Shown here: positions 28,026-39,048 of the stretch, piece after piece
How the letters are laid out: each line of letters opens with the position of its first letter
How positions within the stretch are numbered: the stretch's first letter is position 1
DNA from: Nitrospinota bacterium
GTDB taxonomy: Bacteria > Nitrospinota > Nitrospinia > Nitrospinales > VA-1
Assembly (NCBI GenBank): GCA_038108555.1
Contig: JAYNIA010000004.1
Location: 32,001-96,000, forward strand
Direction: 5' to 3'
DNA length: 64,000 nucleotides
The notes under the pieces: generated by a model
Databases searched by the model: none
Seen by the model: only the letters and a program-made list of their open reading frames with translations
What the model was told of the DNA's origin: nothing
Program-made: the position numbers and the translations under genes

Positions 28026-28415
28026 ATGATCGAACGATTTTATGCAACAGGAAAACGAAAAGAATCCATCGCCAAAGTTTGGGTTCAGGCGGGCAAGGGT
28101 GAAATCACAGTAAATAATAAATCCCTTAAAGAATATTTCCGCCGCGAAAGCCTGGAATGCATTATCAAACATCCGCTGATTGCAACTGACACTCTCGAGT
28201 CTGTTGACATTAAAGCCACGGTCAAAGGCGGCGGACTGTCTGGTCAATCTGGTGCGCTTCGCCTGGGAATTTCCCGGGCTCTCATTCTGACCAATTCAAG
28301 CCTGCGTGCCCCTCTCAAAAAAGCAGGATTCCTCACCCGAGATTCCAGATCGGTAGAAAGAAAGAAATACGGGCAGCCTGGCGCACGTAAAAAATTCCAA
28401 TTCTCCAAGAGATAA
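28026..28415 (+). CDS. rpsI: 30S ribosomal protein S9
   Basis: ATGKRK, GGGLSGQ, ERKKYG...QFSKR. Confidence 0.98.
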   Translation: MIERFYATGKRKESIAKVWVQAGKGEITVNNKSLKEYFRRESLECIIKHPLIATDTLESVDIKATVKGGGLSGQSGALRLGISRALILTNSSLRAPLKKAGFLTRDSRSVERKKYGQPGARKKFQFSKR

Positions 28416-28545
28416 TCGTCCCCTCGCTCGCCATTGTTTGTTTGAGCTTTGCCAATGCGCAAAGCTTTTCTGGAAAAAGACACCTCTTTTTCTCCATTAA
28501 AAATTTATTTGAGATAAAATCCTATCTTCATAGGAGTCTTTGATC

Positions 28546-29598
28546 ATGATTAAAGTTGGCATAGCTGGAGCCAGCGGATATACCGGACTCGAATTGATTC
28601 GCCTTTTGTTGAATCACGCGGAAACCGAATTGTCCGTCCTGACTTCAGAAACATATAAAGGAAAATCCATCGCCGATGTCTTCCCTTCATTGAACGGAAT
28701 CATAGACATTGAGTTGCAACCTCTGGACAGGGGAGCTTTAATTACCTGTGATGTCGTCTTTCTTGCCTTACCTCACATGGCGGGAATGGATAAATTACCG
28801 CAATTGATGAAGTCGGACTGTAAAATTGTAGACCTTAGTGCGGACTATCGCTTGAATGATGCCAGTGCTTACCCGGAATGGTACAAGGTTCCCCACAGTC
28901 ACCCCGAACTTTTATCCAAGGTGGTGTACGGTCTTCCGGAATTGCATCGGGAAAAAATAAAAAGTGCGCAGATGGTCGCCAATCCTGGGTGTTACCCGAC
29001 CAGTGTGATTCTTGCACTTGCGCCACTGATGAAAACCGACTGGGTCGATTTCAGCAGCATTATCTCCGACAGCAAATCCGGTGTCTCAGGGGCTGGACGA
29101 AAACCCTCCATAACCACCCATTACTGTGAAGCTGACGAAGGGGTGAGTCCCTACGGGTTAGCAGGACATCGACACACACCCGAAATGGAACAGGAACTAT
29201 CGGCTCTCGCGGGAGAACCTGTACAAATCAGTTTTTCTCCGCACCTGATCCCCATGAGTCGGGGAATGTTGAGCACCATTTACATCGATTTAAAAAAGAA
29301 GTTTTTAGGTAAATACGTAAATGAAGATGAGGTGATAAACCATTATCAAGAATTTTATAAGGATGAATATTTTGTACGAGTGTTGGGGAAAGATAAGTTT
29401 GCCAACACGCACGCGGTTTCCGGCTCCAACTTCTGCGACATCGGAATCAAACTGGATACCAGAGTCAACAGACTTGTTCTAACAAGTGCTTTAGATAATC
29501 TGGTTAAAGGAGCCTCAGGCCAGGCCATACAAAATATGAACATCATGCTGGGATTCGAAGAAAAAACAGGACTTCAATTGCCCGGTATTTTTCCATAG
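28546..29598 (+). CDS. argC: N-acetyl-gamma-glutamyl-phosphate reductase
   Basis: GASGYTG, ANPGCYPT, SGVSGAGR, DNLVKGASGQA. Confidence 0.97.
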   Translation: MIKVGIAGASGYTGLELIRLLLNHAETELSVLTSETYKGKSIADVFPSLNGIIDIELQPLDRGALITCDVVFLALPHMAGMDKLPQLMKSDCKIVDLSADYRLNDASAYPEWYKVPHSHPELLSKVVYGLPELHREKIKSAQMVANPGCYPTSVILALAPLMKTDWVDFSSIISDSKSGVSGAGRKPSITTHYCEADEGVSPYGLAGHRHTPEMEQELSALAGEPVQISFSPHLIPMSRGMLSTIYIDLKKKFLGKYVNEDEVINHYQEFYKDEYFVRVLGKDKFANTHAVSGSNFCDIGIKLDTRVNRLVLTSALDNLVKGASGQAIQNMNIMLGFEEKTGLQLPGIFP

Positions 29599-29604
29599 AG
29601 AAAA

Positions 29605-30816
29605 ATGAAGACTTTAAAAAATAAAAACCCTGTAGTACCGGGATTCAAAGCCACCGGACTGCATTGCGGAATAAAAGGTAAAAAAATTAAAGATCTTGCA
29701 CTGGTTGTTTCCGAAGTTCCGGCGACGGCGGCAGCAGTGTTCACCAAAAACCGGGTGGTGTCTCCGGGAGTCACCTGGAGCCGTCGCGCACTTGCCAAAT
29801 CAGGAAGCTGCCGCGCAGTTATCGTAAACAGTGGCAACGCAAATACGGTAACCGGTCCTAAAGGATTACAGGATTGTGATGACATCACTAAAAAAGTTGC
29901 GGACGAACTTGGAATTCCACAAAAAGAAGTTTTCATAGCTTCTACTGGAATTATAGGAGTGCCTCTTCCTTCCGAAAAAATAATTAAGGCCACTCCAAAC
30001 CTGATCTCAAAATTGGGAAAAGCCGCAAAAAACTGGACCGATGCCTCCGAGGCGATTATGACCACCGATCTGGTTTCCAAATCAGATCGCATCAGTTATT
30101 CCCATAAGGGTAAAAAAATAGTGATCGGCGGAATCACCAAAGGTTCGGGAATGATTCACCCCAATATGGCAACCATGCTGGGATTTTTATTTACCGATGC
30201 CGTCATCGATTCCAAGACTTTAAAAGCCGCTTTGAAGGAAGCCATCGACCGCTCATTCAATCGCATTACTGTGGATGGTGACAACAGCACAAACGACTGC
30301 GTTGCTATTCTTGCAAATGGCAAAGCAAATAACCCAACTATCAAGGCCAACACTCCTGCCTATAACGAATTTTTGAAAGCGTTGACAAAAATTTGCAAGA
30401 ACCTGGCTTCAAAAATTGTCCTGGATGGAGAAGGAGCCACGAAGTTCGTCACCGTAAGGGTTCAGGGAGGAAAAACACGGAAGCAAGCCTACCTCATAGC
30501 CAATTCCGTGGCCACGTCCTCTCTGGTAAAAACGGCATTGTTTGGAGAAGATCCTAACTGGGGACGGATTTTTTGCGCGGTGGGAAATGCAGGAGCAAAT
30601 TTTGATCCCGACAAAGTTGATATTGTTTTAAACAAGAACCTTCTACTGAAAAACGGAAACCCGACCAATATGCCGCAGAAAAAACTTGAAAAGGCCATGC
30701 AGCCACATGAAATAAACATCACTATTGATTTAAAGTGTGGAAAGGAATGGGAAGAAGTTTTTACCTGTGACCTGTCTTACGATTATGTAAAAATAAATGC
30801 AGAATATACCACCTAG
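29605..30816 (+). CDS. argJ: Ornithine acetyltransferase/N-acetylglutamate synthase
   Basis: KGSGMIHPNMATML, VDGDNSTND, DGEGATK, YVKINAEY. Confidence 0.97.
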   Translation: MKTLKNKNPVVPGFKATGLHCGIKGKKIKDLALVVSEVPATAAAVFTKNRVVSPGVTWSRRALAKSGSCRAVIVNSGNANTVTGPKGLQDCDDITKKVADELGIPQKEVFIASTGIIGVPLPSEKIIKATPNLISKLGKAAKNWTDASEAIMTTDLVSKSDRISYSHKGKKIVIGGITKGSGMIHPNMATMLGFLFTDAVIDSKTLKAALKEAIDRSFNRITVDGDNSTNDCVAILANGKANNPTIKANTPAYNEFLKALTKICKNLASKIVLDGEGATKFVTVRVQGGKTRKQAYLIANSVATSSLVKTALFGEDPNWGRIFCAVGNAGANFDPDKVDIVLNKNLLLKNGNPTNMPQKKLEKAMQPHEINITIDLKCGKEWEEVFTCDLSYDYVKINAEYTT

Positions 30817-30857
30817 CTTGTTAGAATCTGTATAAACAAATTTTCATTGGAATCAAA

Positions 30858-31370
30858 ATGGCAGTAAGACCCATTAAAAACTGTTTGGACCCTGTTTTAA
30901 GAAAACAATGCAAACTCGTCGAAAATATTGACGGGGAACTGGTCACTTTATCCAATGACATGATCGAAACTACCCTGGCTGCTCCGGGGGTGGGATTAGC
31001 GGCAAATCAGATAGGAATTCCGCAAAGAATTTTTGTGGTAAATTTTGGAGTCGAAACGGATAAGGATAATTTGGTCACCCTCATCAATCCCGAAATTACC
31101 GCAATGGAAGGTAGCGAACTGGGTGAAGAGGGTTGTCTCAGTATTCCCGATGTAGTGGCGGAAGTGAAACGTGCAACAGAAGTCGAGATAAAAGCCGTTG
31201 ACCTGGATGGAAATGACGTTCGATATGAGGCCAGTGGTTTTCTGGCCCGGGCCATTCAACATGAAATGGATCATTTGAACGGGGTTTTATTTTGGGATAG
31301 CCTGGGAAAAATAAAGCGGGACATCCTAAAAAGAAAGTTTAAGAAGAAACTAAAAGAGCAGAATGAATGA
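30858..31370 (+). CDS. def: Peptide deformylase
   Basis: GVGLAANQ, EGCLSIP, QHEMDHL. Confidence 0.97.
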   Translation: MAVRPIKNCLDPVLRKQCKLVENIDGELVTLSNDMIETTLAAPGVGLAANQIGIPQRIFVVNFGVETDKDNLVTLINPEITAMEGSELGEEGCLSIPDVVAEVKRATEVEIKAVDLDGNDVRYEASGFLARAIQHEMDHLNGVLFWDSLGKIKRDILKRKFKKKLKEQNE

Positions 31371-32296
31371 AAATAGTTTTTATGGGAACTCCCGAGTTCG
31401 CCCTTCCTACATTAAAAAAAATCCATAGTTCTCCCCACTCTATTTTATCCGTGGTAACCCAGCCCGACCGGCCCAAAGGCCGGGGACAAAAACAAGTCGC
31501 CTCTCCTGTAAAAAGTTTTGCTGTAGAAAATGATTTGCCTGTATTACAACCTGCAACCGTCAACACCGAGGAATTTATAGAATCGATTTTAAAAGATCGC
31601 CCGGATTATATTGTTGTGGTAGCTTTTGGTCAGATACTTAGCGAAAAATTTCTTAAGGTTCCAAAGCAGTTTTGCATCAATTTGCATTCCTCTTTGTTAC
31701 CTAAATATCGTGGAGCAGCTCCTATTAACCGTGCCATCCTTAATGGAGATACTGTATCCGGGGTCACAACCATGATTATGGATAAGGGAATGGATACCGG
31801 GGACATATTGTTGATGCACGAGGTTCCCATTGAACCCAATGACGATGCAAAATCCCTCCATGATAAACTTGCGGAAGACGGTGCAGAACTTGTCCTTGAA
31901 ACGCTTTCCCGACTGGAAAAAAATGATCTTATGCCAACGCCGCAAAATGACGATCGAGCTACATATGCTGCCAAACTAAAAAAAGAAGAAAGTCTGATTG
32001 ATTGGGAATCGGACGCGCTAGATATCACAAACAAAATTCGGGGACTGACCCCCTGGCCCGGGACACATACTTTGTATAACGGGAAAAGACTTGGTATCTT
32101 AAAGGGCGAAATGATTTCAGGAGACTCTTCTGACCAACCCGGCCATGTGGCACGAATCACCGACTCGGGAATCGAGGTTGCAGCGGGTAAAGGCCGGATA
32201 AAAATCACCGAGGTAAAACCGGAAGGAAAAAAATCCATGCCGGTGAAAAGTTTTATTTCAGGTTATAAAATCAATCCCGGCGATAAATTGGGATAA
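31367..32296 (+). CDS. fmt: Methionyl-tRNA formyltransferase
   Basis: VFMGTPEFA, NLHSSLLPKYRGAAPI. Confidence 0.97.
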   Translation: MKIVFMGTPEFALPTLKKIHSSPHSILSVVTQPDRPKGRGQKQVASPVKSFAVENDLPVLQPATVNTEEFIESILKDRPDYIVVVAFGQILSEKFLKVPKQFCINLHSSLLPKYRGAAPINRAILNGDTVSGVTTMIMDKGMDTGDILLMHEVPIEPNDDAKSLHDKLAEDGAELVLETLSRLEKNDLMPTPQNDDRATYAAKLKKEESLIDWESDALDITNKIRGLTPWPGTHTLYNGKRLGILKGEMISGDSSDQPGHVARITDSGIEVAAGKGRIKITEVKPEGKKSMPVKSFISGYKINPGDKLG

Positions 32297-32325
32297 ATTC
32301 TTTTTAGACTACTCAAGGGGAAAAT

Positions 32326-33264
32326 ATGCCGAGAACTTTGGTTACAGGTGGAGCAGGTTTTTTGGGCTCCCACTTATGTGAATACCTGCTGGATAAAGGC
32401 CATGAAGTTATTTGCATGGATAATTTGATCACCGGTTCCAAGGAAAACATTTCCGGTATCAAAAGCGGCGATTTCCATTTCGTCAACCATAACGTTTCAG
32501 AATTTATTAATCTCGATGGTGACCTGGATTACATTCTCCATTTTGCCTCCCCGGCAAGTCCTATAGACTACCTTGAATTGCCCATCCAAACTTTGAAAGT
32601 TGGAGCTTTGGGAACCCATAATGCCTTGGGACTTGCCAAAGCAAAAAATGCGGTGTTTTTACTGGCTTCCACCTCAGAGGTTTATGGAGATCCCCTGGTT
32701 CATCCTCAACCGGAAGAGTATTGGGGCAATGTGAATCCTATAGGACCCCGTGGAGTTTACGATGAAGCAAAAAGGTTTGCTGAGGCGATTACCATGGCCT
32801 ATCACCGAACACACGGGATCAACACAAAAATTGTCCGCATATTCAACACCTACGGTCCAAGAATGCGGATCAAAGACGGACGCGCAATACCCAACTTCCT
32901 GAAACAGGCACTTACCGGGGAAGACCTGACAGTTTATGGCGATGGTTCGCAAACAAGAAGCTTCTGTTTTGTTTCAGATCTTGTAGAGGGTATTTTTCGA
33001 TTGCTAATGTCCGATCAACACGAGCCGGTGAACATTGGTAATCCCAATGAAATGACAATCAAACAAATGGCAGATAAAATTTTGCAAGCCACCGGAAGCA
33101 AGAGTAAAATCATACAGGTTCCATTACCCGAGGATGACCCCAAAACACGACAACCCAATATCACACTTGCAAAAAAATTACTCGACTGGGAGCCAAAAGT
33201 AAATTTGGATGAGGGATTAGAGTCTACGCTAAAATACTTCAAAGAACAGCTCAATTCTTCCTGA
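32326..33264 (+). CDS. UDP-glucuronate decarboxylase family (SDR)
   Basis: [35 protein letters not shown]. Confidence 0.92.
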   Translation: MPRTLVTGGAGFLGSHLCEYLLDKGHEVICMDNLITGSKENISGIKSGDFHFVNHNVSEFINLDGDLDYILHFASPASPIDYLELPIQTLKVGALGTHNALGLAKAKNAVFLLASTSEVYGDPLVHPQPEEYWGNVNPIGPRGVYDEAKRFAEAITMAYHRTHGINTKIVRIFNTYGPRMRIKDGRAIPNFLKQALTGEDLTVYGDGSQTRSFCFVSDLVEGIFRLLMSDQHEPVNIGNPNEMTIKQMADKILQATGSKSKIIQVPLPEDDPKTRQPNITLAKKLLDWEPKVNLDEGLESTLKYFKEQLNSS

Positions 33265-33270
33265 GATGAT

Positions 33271-33969
33271 ATGCCAGGTAAAAATTCAGCTTCAATTAAA
33301 CATTGGCCGGAAAATGAACGTCCCCGGGAGCGGCTGATAAAATATGGCAGCAGTAACATGTCCGATGCTCACTTGCTCGGAATTTTGATCGGATCGGGGG
33401 ATCGCCGGGCTAAAAAAAATGCAGTGGACCTGGGGAGGGACCTATTAAAGAAATTTGGAAATCTGGAAAACATTGACCAGGCTTCCATCACCGAAATTTG
33501 CCAGGTCAAAGGAATCGGTTCCGCGAAAGCGGCACAAATTAAAGCAGCGCTGGAAGTCGGCAAACGGATGGCCGCAAAAACTTCCGTTAAAAAAATAAAA
33601 ATGAAATCCAGTCGGATATTTTTCGACCATTTTTCACCTTTTTTAAAAAATTTAAAAAAGGAAATAGTCAAAATTGTTCTTCTGGATCCCAAACTTCAGT
33701 TTATTAAAGAAATCACCATTTCAGAAGGAAGCCTGAATGCCAGTATCGTCCATCCCAGAGAAGTTATGATTCCTGCAATCAAGGAATCGGCTGCCTCTTT
33801 TGCATTGATTCATAATCACCCAAGTGGGGACCCGACACCGAGCCAAAAGGATTTCGAAATCACTCACCGACTCAACCAGACGGGAAAAATAATTGGAATA
33901 AACATGGTTGACCATATTATCATCGGAGGAAACAGTTTTTTCAGTTTTGCTGATGAAGGACTTTTATAA
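33271..33969 (+). CDS. radC: RadC/JAB domain protein
   Basis: WPENERPRERL, HPREV, HNHPSGDPTPS..D. Confidence 0.95.
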   Translation: MPGKNSASIKHWPENERPRERLIKYGSSNMSDAHLLGILIGSGDRRAKKNAVDLGRDLLKKFGNLENIDQASITEICQVKGIGSAKAAQIKAALEVGKRMAAKTSVKKIKMKSSRIFFDHFSPFLKNLKKEIVKIVLLDPKLQFIKEITISEGSLNASIVHPREVMIPAIKESAASFALIHNHPSGDPTPSQKDFEITHRLNQTGKIIGINMVDHIIIGGNSFFSFADEGLL

Positions 33970-34530
33970 ATGGAACGTGTAAAAAATTTTTTAAATACAA
34001 GTGCTGAATTAAAAAAAACAGTCGCTGAAACCCTTTCCTCCGACATTTTTGATTCTGCGATGAAAATAAAAAGTCGACTGGAATCAGGCGGAAAACTCCT
34101 TTTGATGGGAAATGGTGGCAGCGCAGGGGACGCCCAGCATATTGCTGCAGAATTGATCGGCCGGTTCAAAAAAGAAAGAAAAGCCATGCCCGCCATTGCT
34201 TTGACCGTCGATACCTCTTCCCTGACAGCATTGGGGAACGATTATGGTTTCGAAACTATTTTCGAAAGGCAGGTAGAGGCCCTGGCAACTGAAAACGATG
34301 CGGTGATAGGTATCAGCACCAGCGGAAATTCTGAAAACGTGGTTCGGGCCATTAAAAAAGCAAACGCGTTGGGCGCGTTTACCATTGGACTTCTTGGAAA
34401 CGATGGAGGAAAATTAAAAGAACTGGTTAACCTTCCTATCATTATTCCATCAAACGATACGGCGCGGATTCAGGAAGTTCATATTACTATTGGCCATATC
34501 ATATGTGAAATTATAGAAGAAGATTATTAG
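33970..34530 (+). CDS. gmhA: Phosphoheptose isomerase
   Basis: [28 protein letters not shown]. Confidence 0.96.
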   Translation: MERVKNFLNTSAELKKTVAETLSSDIFDSAMKIKSRLESGGKLLLMGNGGSAGDAQHIAAELIGRFKKERKAMPAIALTVDTSSLTALGNDYGFETIFERQVEALATENDAVIGISTSGNSENVVRAIKKANALGAFTIGLLGNDGGKLKELVNLPIIIPSNDTARIQEVHITIGHIICEIIEEDY

Positions 34531-36015
34531 ATGAAAGAACGATTTAAATATTTCTTTGGTCAAAAAGAACGGCCTAAAATTTTAGTGGTGGGGGACCTTA
34601 TTCTCGATGAATATATCTGGGGGGGTATCAGCCGAATTTCTCCTGAAGCTCCGGTTCCCATTCTGGAAACCCGTTCCGAAACCCTCGCTTTGGGAGGGGC
34701 TGCAAATGTAGCCAACAACCTGGTAGCTTTAGGATGCGAGGTTCATCTCTGTGGCGCTATTGGCCAGGATGAAAAAGGCGACAAACTTTTACAAACCATT
34801 CACAATCGTTCGATTCAAACCGAAGGCATCTTCCGGTTTGTGCACCGTCCGACCACATCAAAAATGCGGATCATTGCACACAACCAGCAGGTACTTAGAA
34901 TAGACAAGGAAGATAACCGTCCCATTACAGAAGAAACCGAGAAAAAACTCATCCAATATATAAACCAGACACTTCCGGGAATGGATGGGGTCGTCTGCTC
35001 CGATTATCAAAAAGGAATCCTCACCGAAAAAGTGGTGCATGCGATTATGCACAGGGCCAAGAAAGCCAAAAAATCTGTAATTGTCGATCCGAAAAGCTCT
35101 GACTTCTCTCTATATAAAGATGCAACAGTAATCACCCCCAATTTGAAAGAAGTGGCCCGCTCGGCTCCAATTAAAATAACAGATAAGGAAGGTCTCGGAC
35201 GCGCTGCGGAGTATCTATTAAACCTCACTCGCTCCAAAGCCATCCTGATTACCCAGGGTAAAGACGGGATGACGCTTTTTCAAAACAAAGAAAAACCGGT
35301 TTCCATACCCACGGTTGCGAAAGAGGTCTATGACGTAACAGGAGCGGGCGATACTGTCATCAGTGTATTTAGCATGGCAGTATTTTTTGGTTTCGATTTT
35401 AAAGAGGCCGCATGGCTTTCCAATATGGCTGCCAGTATTGTAGTGGGTAAAGTTGGCACCGCAGTGGTTACCCTGGATGAAATCAACGAATTCCTGCACG
35501 AAGAAATGCTTCGAACTTCCCACACCGTCCTCGAACTGGATGAACTGAAGAAAATTGTTGGGCTCGCAAAAAGCACCGAGAAAAAAGTCGTATTTACCAA
35601 TGGCTGTTTCGACATCATCCACGGAGGCCATATTGAATTCCTGCAAAAGGCAAAATCTCTAGGGGACATTTTGGTGGTTGGCCTCAACACCGATCATTCC
35701 GTTCGAAACTTAAAAGGGGAAGGTCGTCCCATTAAAACAGAAAAAGAACGTGCCAACATTCTTTCCGCTTTAAAGTTTATCGACTACATCACTCTTTTCA
35801 ACGAAGACACTCCTGAAAAAATGATTCGGGAGATCCGACCGGATATTCTGGTCAAAGGGGATGACTATAAAATAGATGAAGTTGTGGGACGAGAAATCGT
35901 TGAAGGATACGGAGCCCATGTAGAACTCATCCCAATTGTGCAGGGCCATTCTACAACCATGACCCTTGAAAAAATCATTGCCAATCACCGCTCTTCAGAC
36001 GACAACGGAAAATAA
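34531..36015 (+). CDS. hldE: Bifunctional heptose-7-P kinase/heptose-1-P adenylyltransferase
   Basis: RISPEAPVP, DVTGAGDT, FTNGCFDIIHGGH. Confidence 0.96.
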   Translation: MKERFKYFFGQKERPKILVVGDLILDEYIWGGISRISPEAPVPILETRSETLALGGAANVANNLVALGCEVHLCGAIGQDEKGDKLLQTIHNRSIQTEGIFRFVHRPTTSKMRIIAHNQQVLRIDKEDNRPITEETEKKLIQYINQTLPGMDGVVCSDYQKGILTEKVVHAIMHRAKKAKKSVIVDPKSSDFSLYKDATVITPNLKEVARSAPIKITDKEGLGRAAEYLLNLTRSKAILITQGKDGMTLFQNKEKPVSIPTVAKEVYDVTGAGDTVISVFSMAVFFGFDFKEAAWLSNMAASIVVGKVGTAVVTLDEINEFLHEEMLRTSHTVLELDELKKIVGLAKSTEKKVVFTNGCFDIIHGGHIEFLQKAKSLGDILVVGLNTDHSVRNLKGEGRPIKTEKERANILSALKFIDYITLFNEDTPEKMIREIRPDILVKGDDYKIDEVVGREIVEGYGAHVELIPIVQGHSTTMTLEKIIANHRSSDDNGK

Positions 36016-36040
36016 ATTTTCCCGTTAAAATATCTTCCGT

Positions 36041-37018
36041 TTAAGCTTCTTCGCCCAGGTGCTTTGCAGGCAAAAGGTAATTTCCAACATAGTCGGCTAT
36101 GCCCTCTTCCAATGACATGATTGGATCAGAATAACCGGTGGTTCGAATTTTTTCAGTTTCAGAACAGGTATGATATTGATACTGGTTCCTGATTTCCTCT
36201 GGCATTTCAATATACTCAATATTTTCTTCCTTACCCATCGATTTAAAAATTGCTTTTGCCAGATCGTTCCAGTTTCTTGCCTTTCCAGAGCCTACATTAA
36301 AAATACCTCCCACATCCTTCCGATCCAAAAAAAACAAAGTCATTTTTACAGCATCTTTGATGTACAAGAAATCCCGCTCTTGTTCTCCATCCCCATATTC
36401 AGGTTTATAAGACTTGAACAAACGCAGCTTTCCCGCATCCCGTATCTGAAGAAATCCTTTTCGGACCATGCTTTGCATATCCTGTTTATGATATTCATTG
36501 GGCCCATAGACATTAAAATATTTTAAACCCACCAGTTCACCTAATACCCCTTCGGCTCGGGCCCATAAATCAAAATTCTGTTTGCTCTCGCCATAAAGAT
36601 TTAAAGGACGCAATAACTCCAGTCTGGACTCATCATCCGAATAACCGTTTTCCCCTGCACCATAAGTGGCCGCGCTGGAGGCATAAATGAAACGAATGTT
36701 TTTCTCCAGACAAAATTTCGCCAAATGCTGCGTATATTCAAAATTATTTTCTTTCAAAAATGCTTCATTCGTTTCTGTGGTGGAAGAGCAAGCCCCCATG
36801 TGAAGAATGGCTTCACAGGCAGGAATGTTTTTTTTCAAAACATCCTGCAAAAATTTATCCTTATCGACAAACTTTTCAAAGGAAAGCGGATTCAAATTGT
36901 TCTGCTTTTCAGGATGATCCATCTGATCGACCACCCAGATATCTTTTTCACCCTTACAATTCAGTCCATGAACAAGGGCACTTCCAATAAAACCCGCACC
37001 ACCTGTAACTACAATCAT
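36041..37018 (-). CDS. hldD: ADP-L-glycero-D-manno-heptose 6-epimerase
   Basis: HMGACSSTTE, YASSAATYG, PLNLYGESK, YFNVYGPNEYHK. Confidence 0.95.
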   Translation of the reverse strand: MIVVTGGAGFIGSALVHGLNCKGEKDIWVVDQMDHPEKQNNLNPLSFEKFVDKDKFLQDVLKKNIPACEAILHMGACSSTTETNEAFLKENNFEYTQHLAKFCLEKNIRFIYASSAATYGAGENGYSDDESRLELLRPLNLYGESKQNFDLWARAEGVLGELVGLKYFNVYGPNEYHKQDMQSMVRKGFLQIRDAGKLRLFKSYKPEYGDGEQERDFLYIKDAVKMTLFFLDRKDVGGIFNVGSGKARNWNDLAKAIFKSMGKEENIEYIEMPEEIRNQYQYHTCSETEKIRTTGYSDPIMSLEEGIADYVGNYLLPAKHLGEEA

Positions 37019-39048
37019 GATTTATCCACTTTCAGGTTTAAAACATTTTCCGGCATCGAAATTTCATAAGTTAAAAAATCCTTGATGATTCCGGCACTTC
37101 CCTTCTTGAAAAAATGAACATCAAGAACAGAAATAGCACTCTGCCCCATTGAAATTGAAATGGATGGATTCCATACCCGATTATATATACTACCCCCATA
37201 GGGATGATCAAGTGTCCAACCATTGATTCGCCAGGCTGGATTATATTCTATATCCTTATGTTTCAATTTTCCGTCTAAAACCGCCGCAGAAAAATCCATA
37301 TCACTTCCCGAAACATTCATAAGATTCAGCAACAAACTATTGGGGGGACTTTCCTTCTTTTTTTTGAGTGCTACCAGGAAAGTATCCACAAATCTTATTT
37401 TATAGTGGAGGTCTTTTCCATGATGCAATTTTTCCCATTGGAACAGTTTTTTTCCAATCACTCCCATGGTTTCCAGTTTGCCATTCCAGAAATTCTTTCT
37501 CTTCAACCATTCCGGTTTGATTTGATGAATTATAAAAGGTTCAAATCTGGCAGACTCGTTTAAAGCCTGTGGAGGTATTCCAGGAAAAATATTTACAGCA
37601 TGCTTTACCAGTCTTGGGTATCCCTTCAAATTTATAACATTTTTTTCCTTGTTTAATAAGAAGGATGATTTTTCGTTTTTGTTATATTCCAGAAAATATA
37701 CCCGGTTAATCTTCCCCTCTTTCAAAATAGTTTCAACACGTTGACGCATCTCGGAGCCACCATATAGAAAGAACTCCACATGAAGAGCATCGGGAACAAT
37801 TAGTAAATCATTTGGGCCCAATGATCGGGTAAAGTTTAGAACCTGTTTCCAGGGTTCCCGGTTGATACGCTTAAGATAACTTTCCTGATAGGTATTTATT
37901 GTTGCAATTAATAACAGGGCACCCCCGGCAATCCCCATTAAAAATGTCGTTAGCTTACCTGCCTTGGAAGCATCAATTTTTTCAATTAGGATAGTTTCGA
38001 GAATGCTTACGGTTAAACAAATTCCAGAAGCCGCCAAAATCAGGAAAAAGGGTTGAAGATAAAAATAGGTTCGTGCATGCGGCATTCCAGGTAGCAGACC
38101 GATCTTAAACCCCAGGGCACCTCCAAATATGGGTCCCAGCAATAAAGCTGAAATAAGTAAAAGGACTGAAGGGTTCTGTTTCCAGATTTTCCATCCACCA
38201 AACAAAGAGAAAACCAGGAAAAAATATTTGATCGAGTCAAACGGAGCCAGCCATTGAGCCATTACTTCTCCGAAAAAGGTATCAGAGGGACTTTTGGCAG
38301 CACGGGATGTTGCTGCCTCCAGCATTTCTGGAGATATCAAAACATAGTATTGGATATAAAACGCGGCTAAACCCACCAATAATGAAAAGTAAGGGGCAAG
38401 TAACACCCATTCTTTTTTGCTTTTCCATTGATATAGAATAAATCCCGACAAAAAAAGCAACAGTGATAATTCAAAAAAAACGAAGGTGGGCAAAGTCCAG
38501 CTTCCGACCACCCAGATCAATAACCAACCCACAAATGATAAAACTTCTTTTAGGCGACCTCTCCGCTTTTCCTTAGAGCTTTTCTCAAAAGTTACCACTA
38601 ACAAATAAAAACAAATTTGGGCCACCAACATTATTACGAGATAACCCCTGGCATTGGTTGCGAAAAAAATATGCCATTGGCTCAAAATCAGGATAAGGGC
38701 AACAATCGACCCGATGTTCTTTCCAAAAAATTTTCCTGTTTGAAATGCAAGACAGATACTTAATATTCCGCAAACCAGGGTCGGGATACGAAGCAACCAT
38801 TCATACAATCCAAAAGTCTTTAATAAAAAACTTAAAATCAGTGTTAAAAATATATGATTGTTTGGGTACTGGTAGTTTTGGAAGATGCTCTCATAAGGCA
38901 TTTGGCCCCATAGAGAAATCATGGCCAGTTCATCGCTTGCGAGAACAGCATTGATTCCCGGCAGCCGGAAACAAAGGGCCAAACCTAATAGAGTAACGAA
39001 ATGGAAAACAGAAAATCTCTGTTTTGATTCAGGATTCTTTTGAAACAT
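37015..39048 (-). CDS. Multi-TM GT-C (GT39/PMT-like) glycosyltransferase
   Basis: ASDE after the first TM, YPNNHIF, LRIP, NARGY. Confidence 0.65.
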   Translation of the reverse strand: MFQKNPESKQRFSVFHFVTLLGLALCFRLPGINAVLASDELAMISLWGQMPYESIFQNYQYPNNHIFLTLILSFLLKTFGLYEWLLRIPTLVCGILSICLAFQTGKFFGKNIGSIVALILILSQWHIFFATNARGYLVIMLVAQICFYLLVVTFEKSSKEKRRGRLKEVLSFVGWLLIWVVGSWTLPTFVFFELSLLLFLSGFILYQWKSKKEWVLLAPYFSLLVGLAAFYIQYYVLISPEMLEAATSRAAKSPSDTFFGEVMAQWLAPFDSIKYFFLVFSLFGGWKIWKQNPSVLLLISALLLGPIFGGALGFKIGLLPGMPHARTYFYLQPFFLILAASGICLTVSILETILIEKIDASKAGKLTTFLMGIAGGALLLIATINTYQESYLKRINREPWKQVLNFTRSLGPNDLLIVPDALHVEFFLYGGSEMRQRVETILKEGKINRVYFLEYNKNEKSSFLLNKEKNVINLKGYPRLVKHAVNIFPGIPPQALNESARFEPFIIHQIKPEWLKRKNFWNGKLETMGVIGKKLFQWEKLHHGKDLHYKIRFVDTFLVALKKKKESPPNSLLLNLMNVSGSDMDFSAAVLDGKLKHKDIEYNPAWRINGWTLDHPYGGSIYNRVWNPSISISMGQSAISVLDVHFFKKGSAGIIKDFLTYEISMPENVLNLKVDKS

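Noticed and set aside
33271..33969. radC as a marker of a mobile element
   Set aside because: It is the full-length chromosomal type, embedded among housekeeping genes with no mobility genes nearby.
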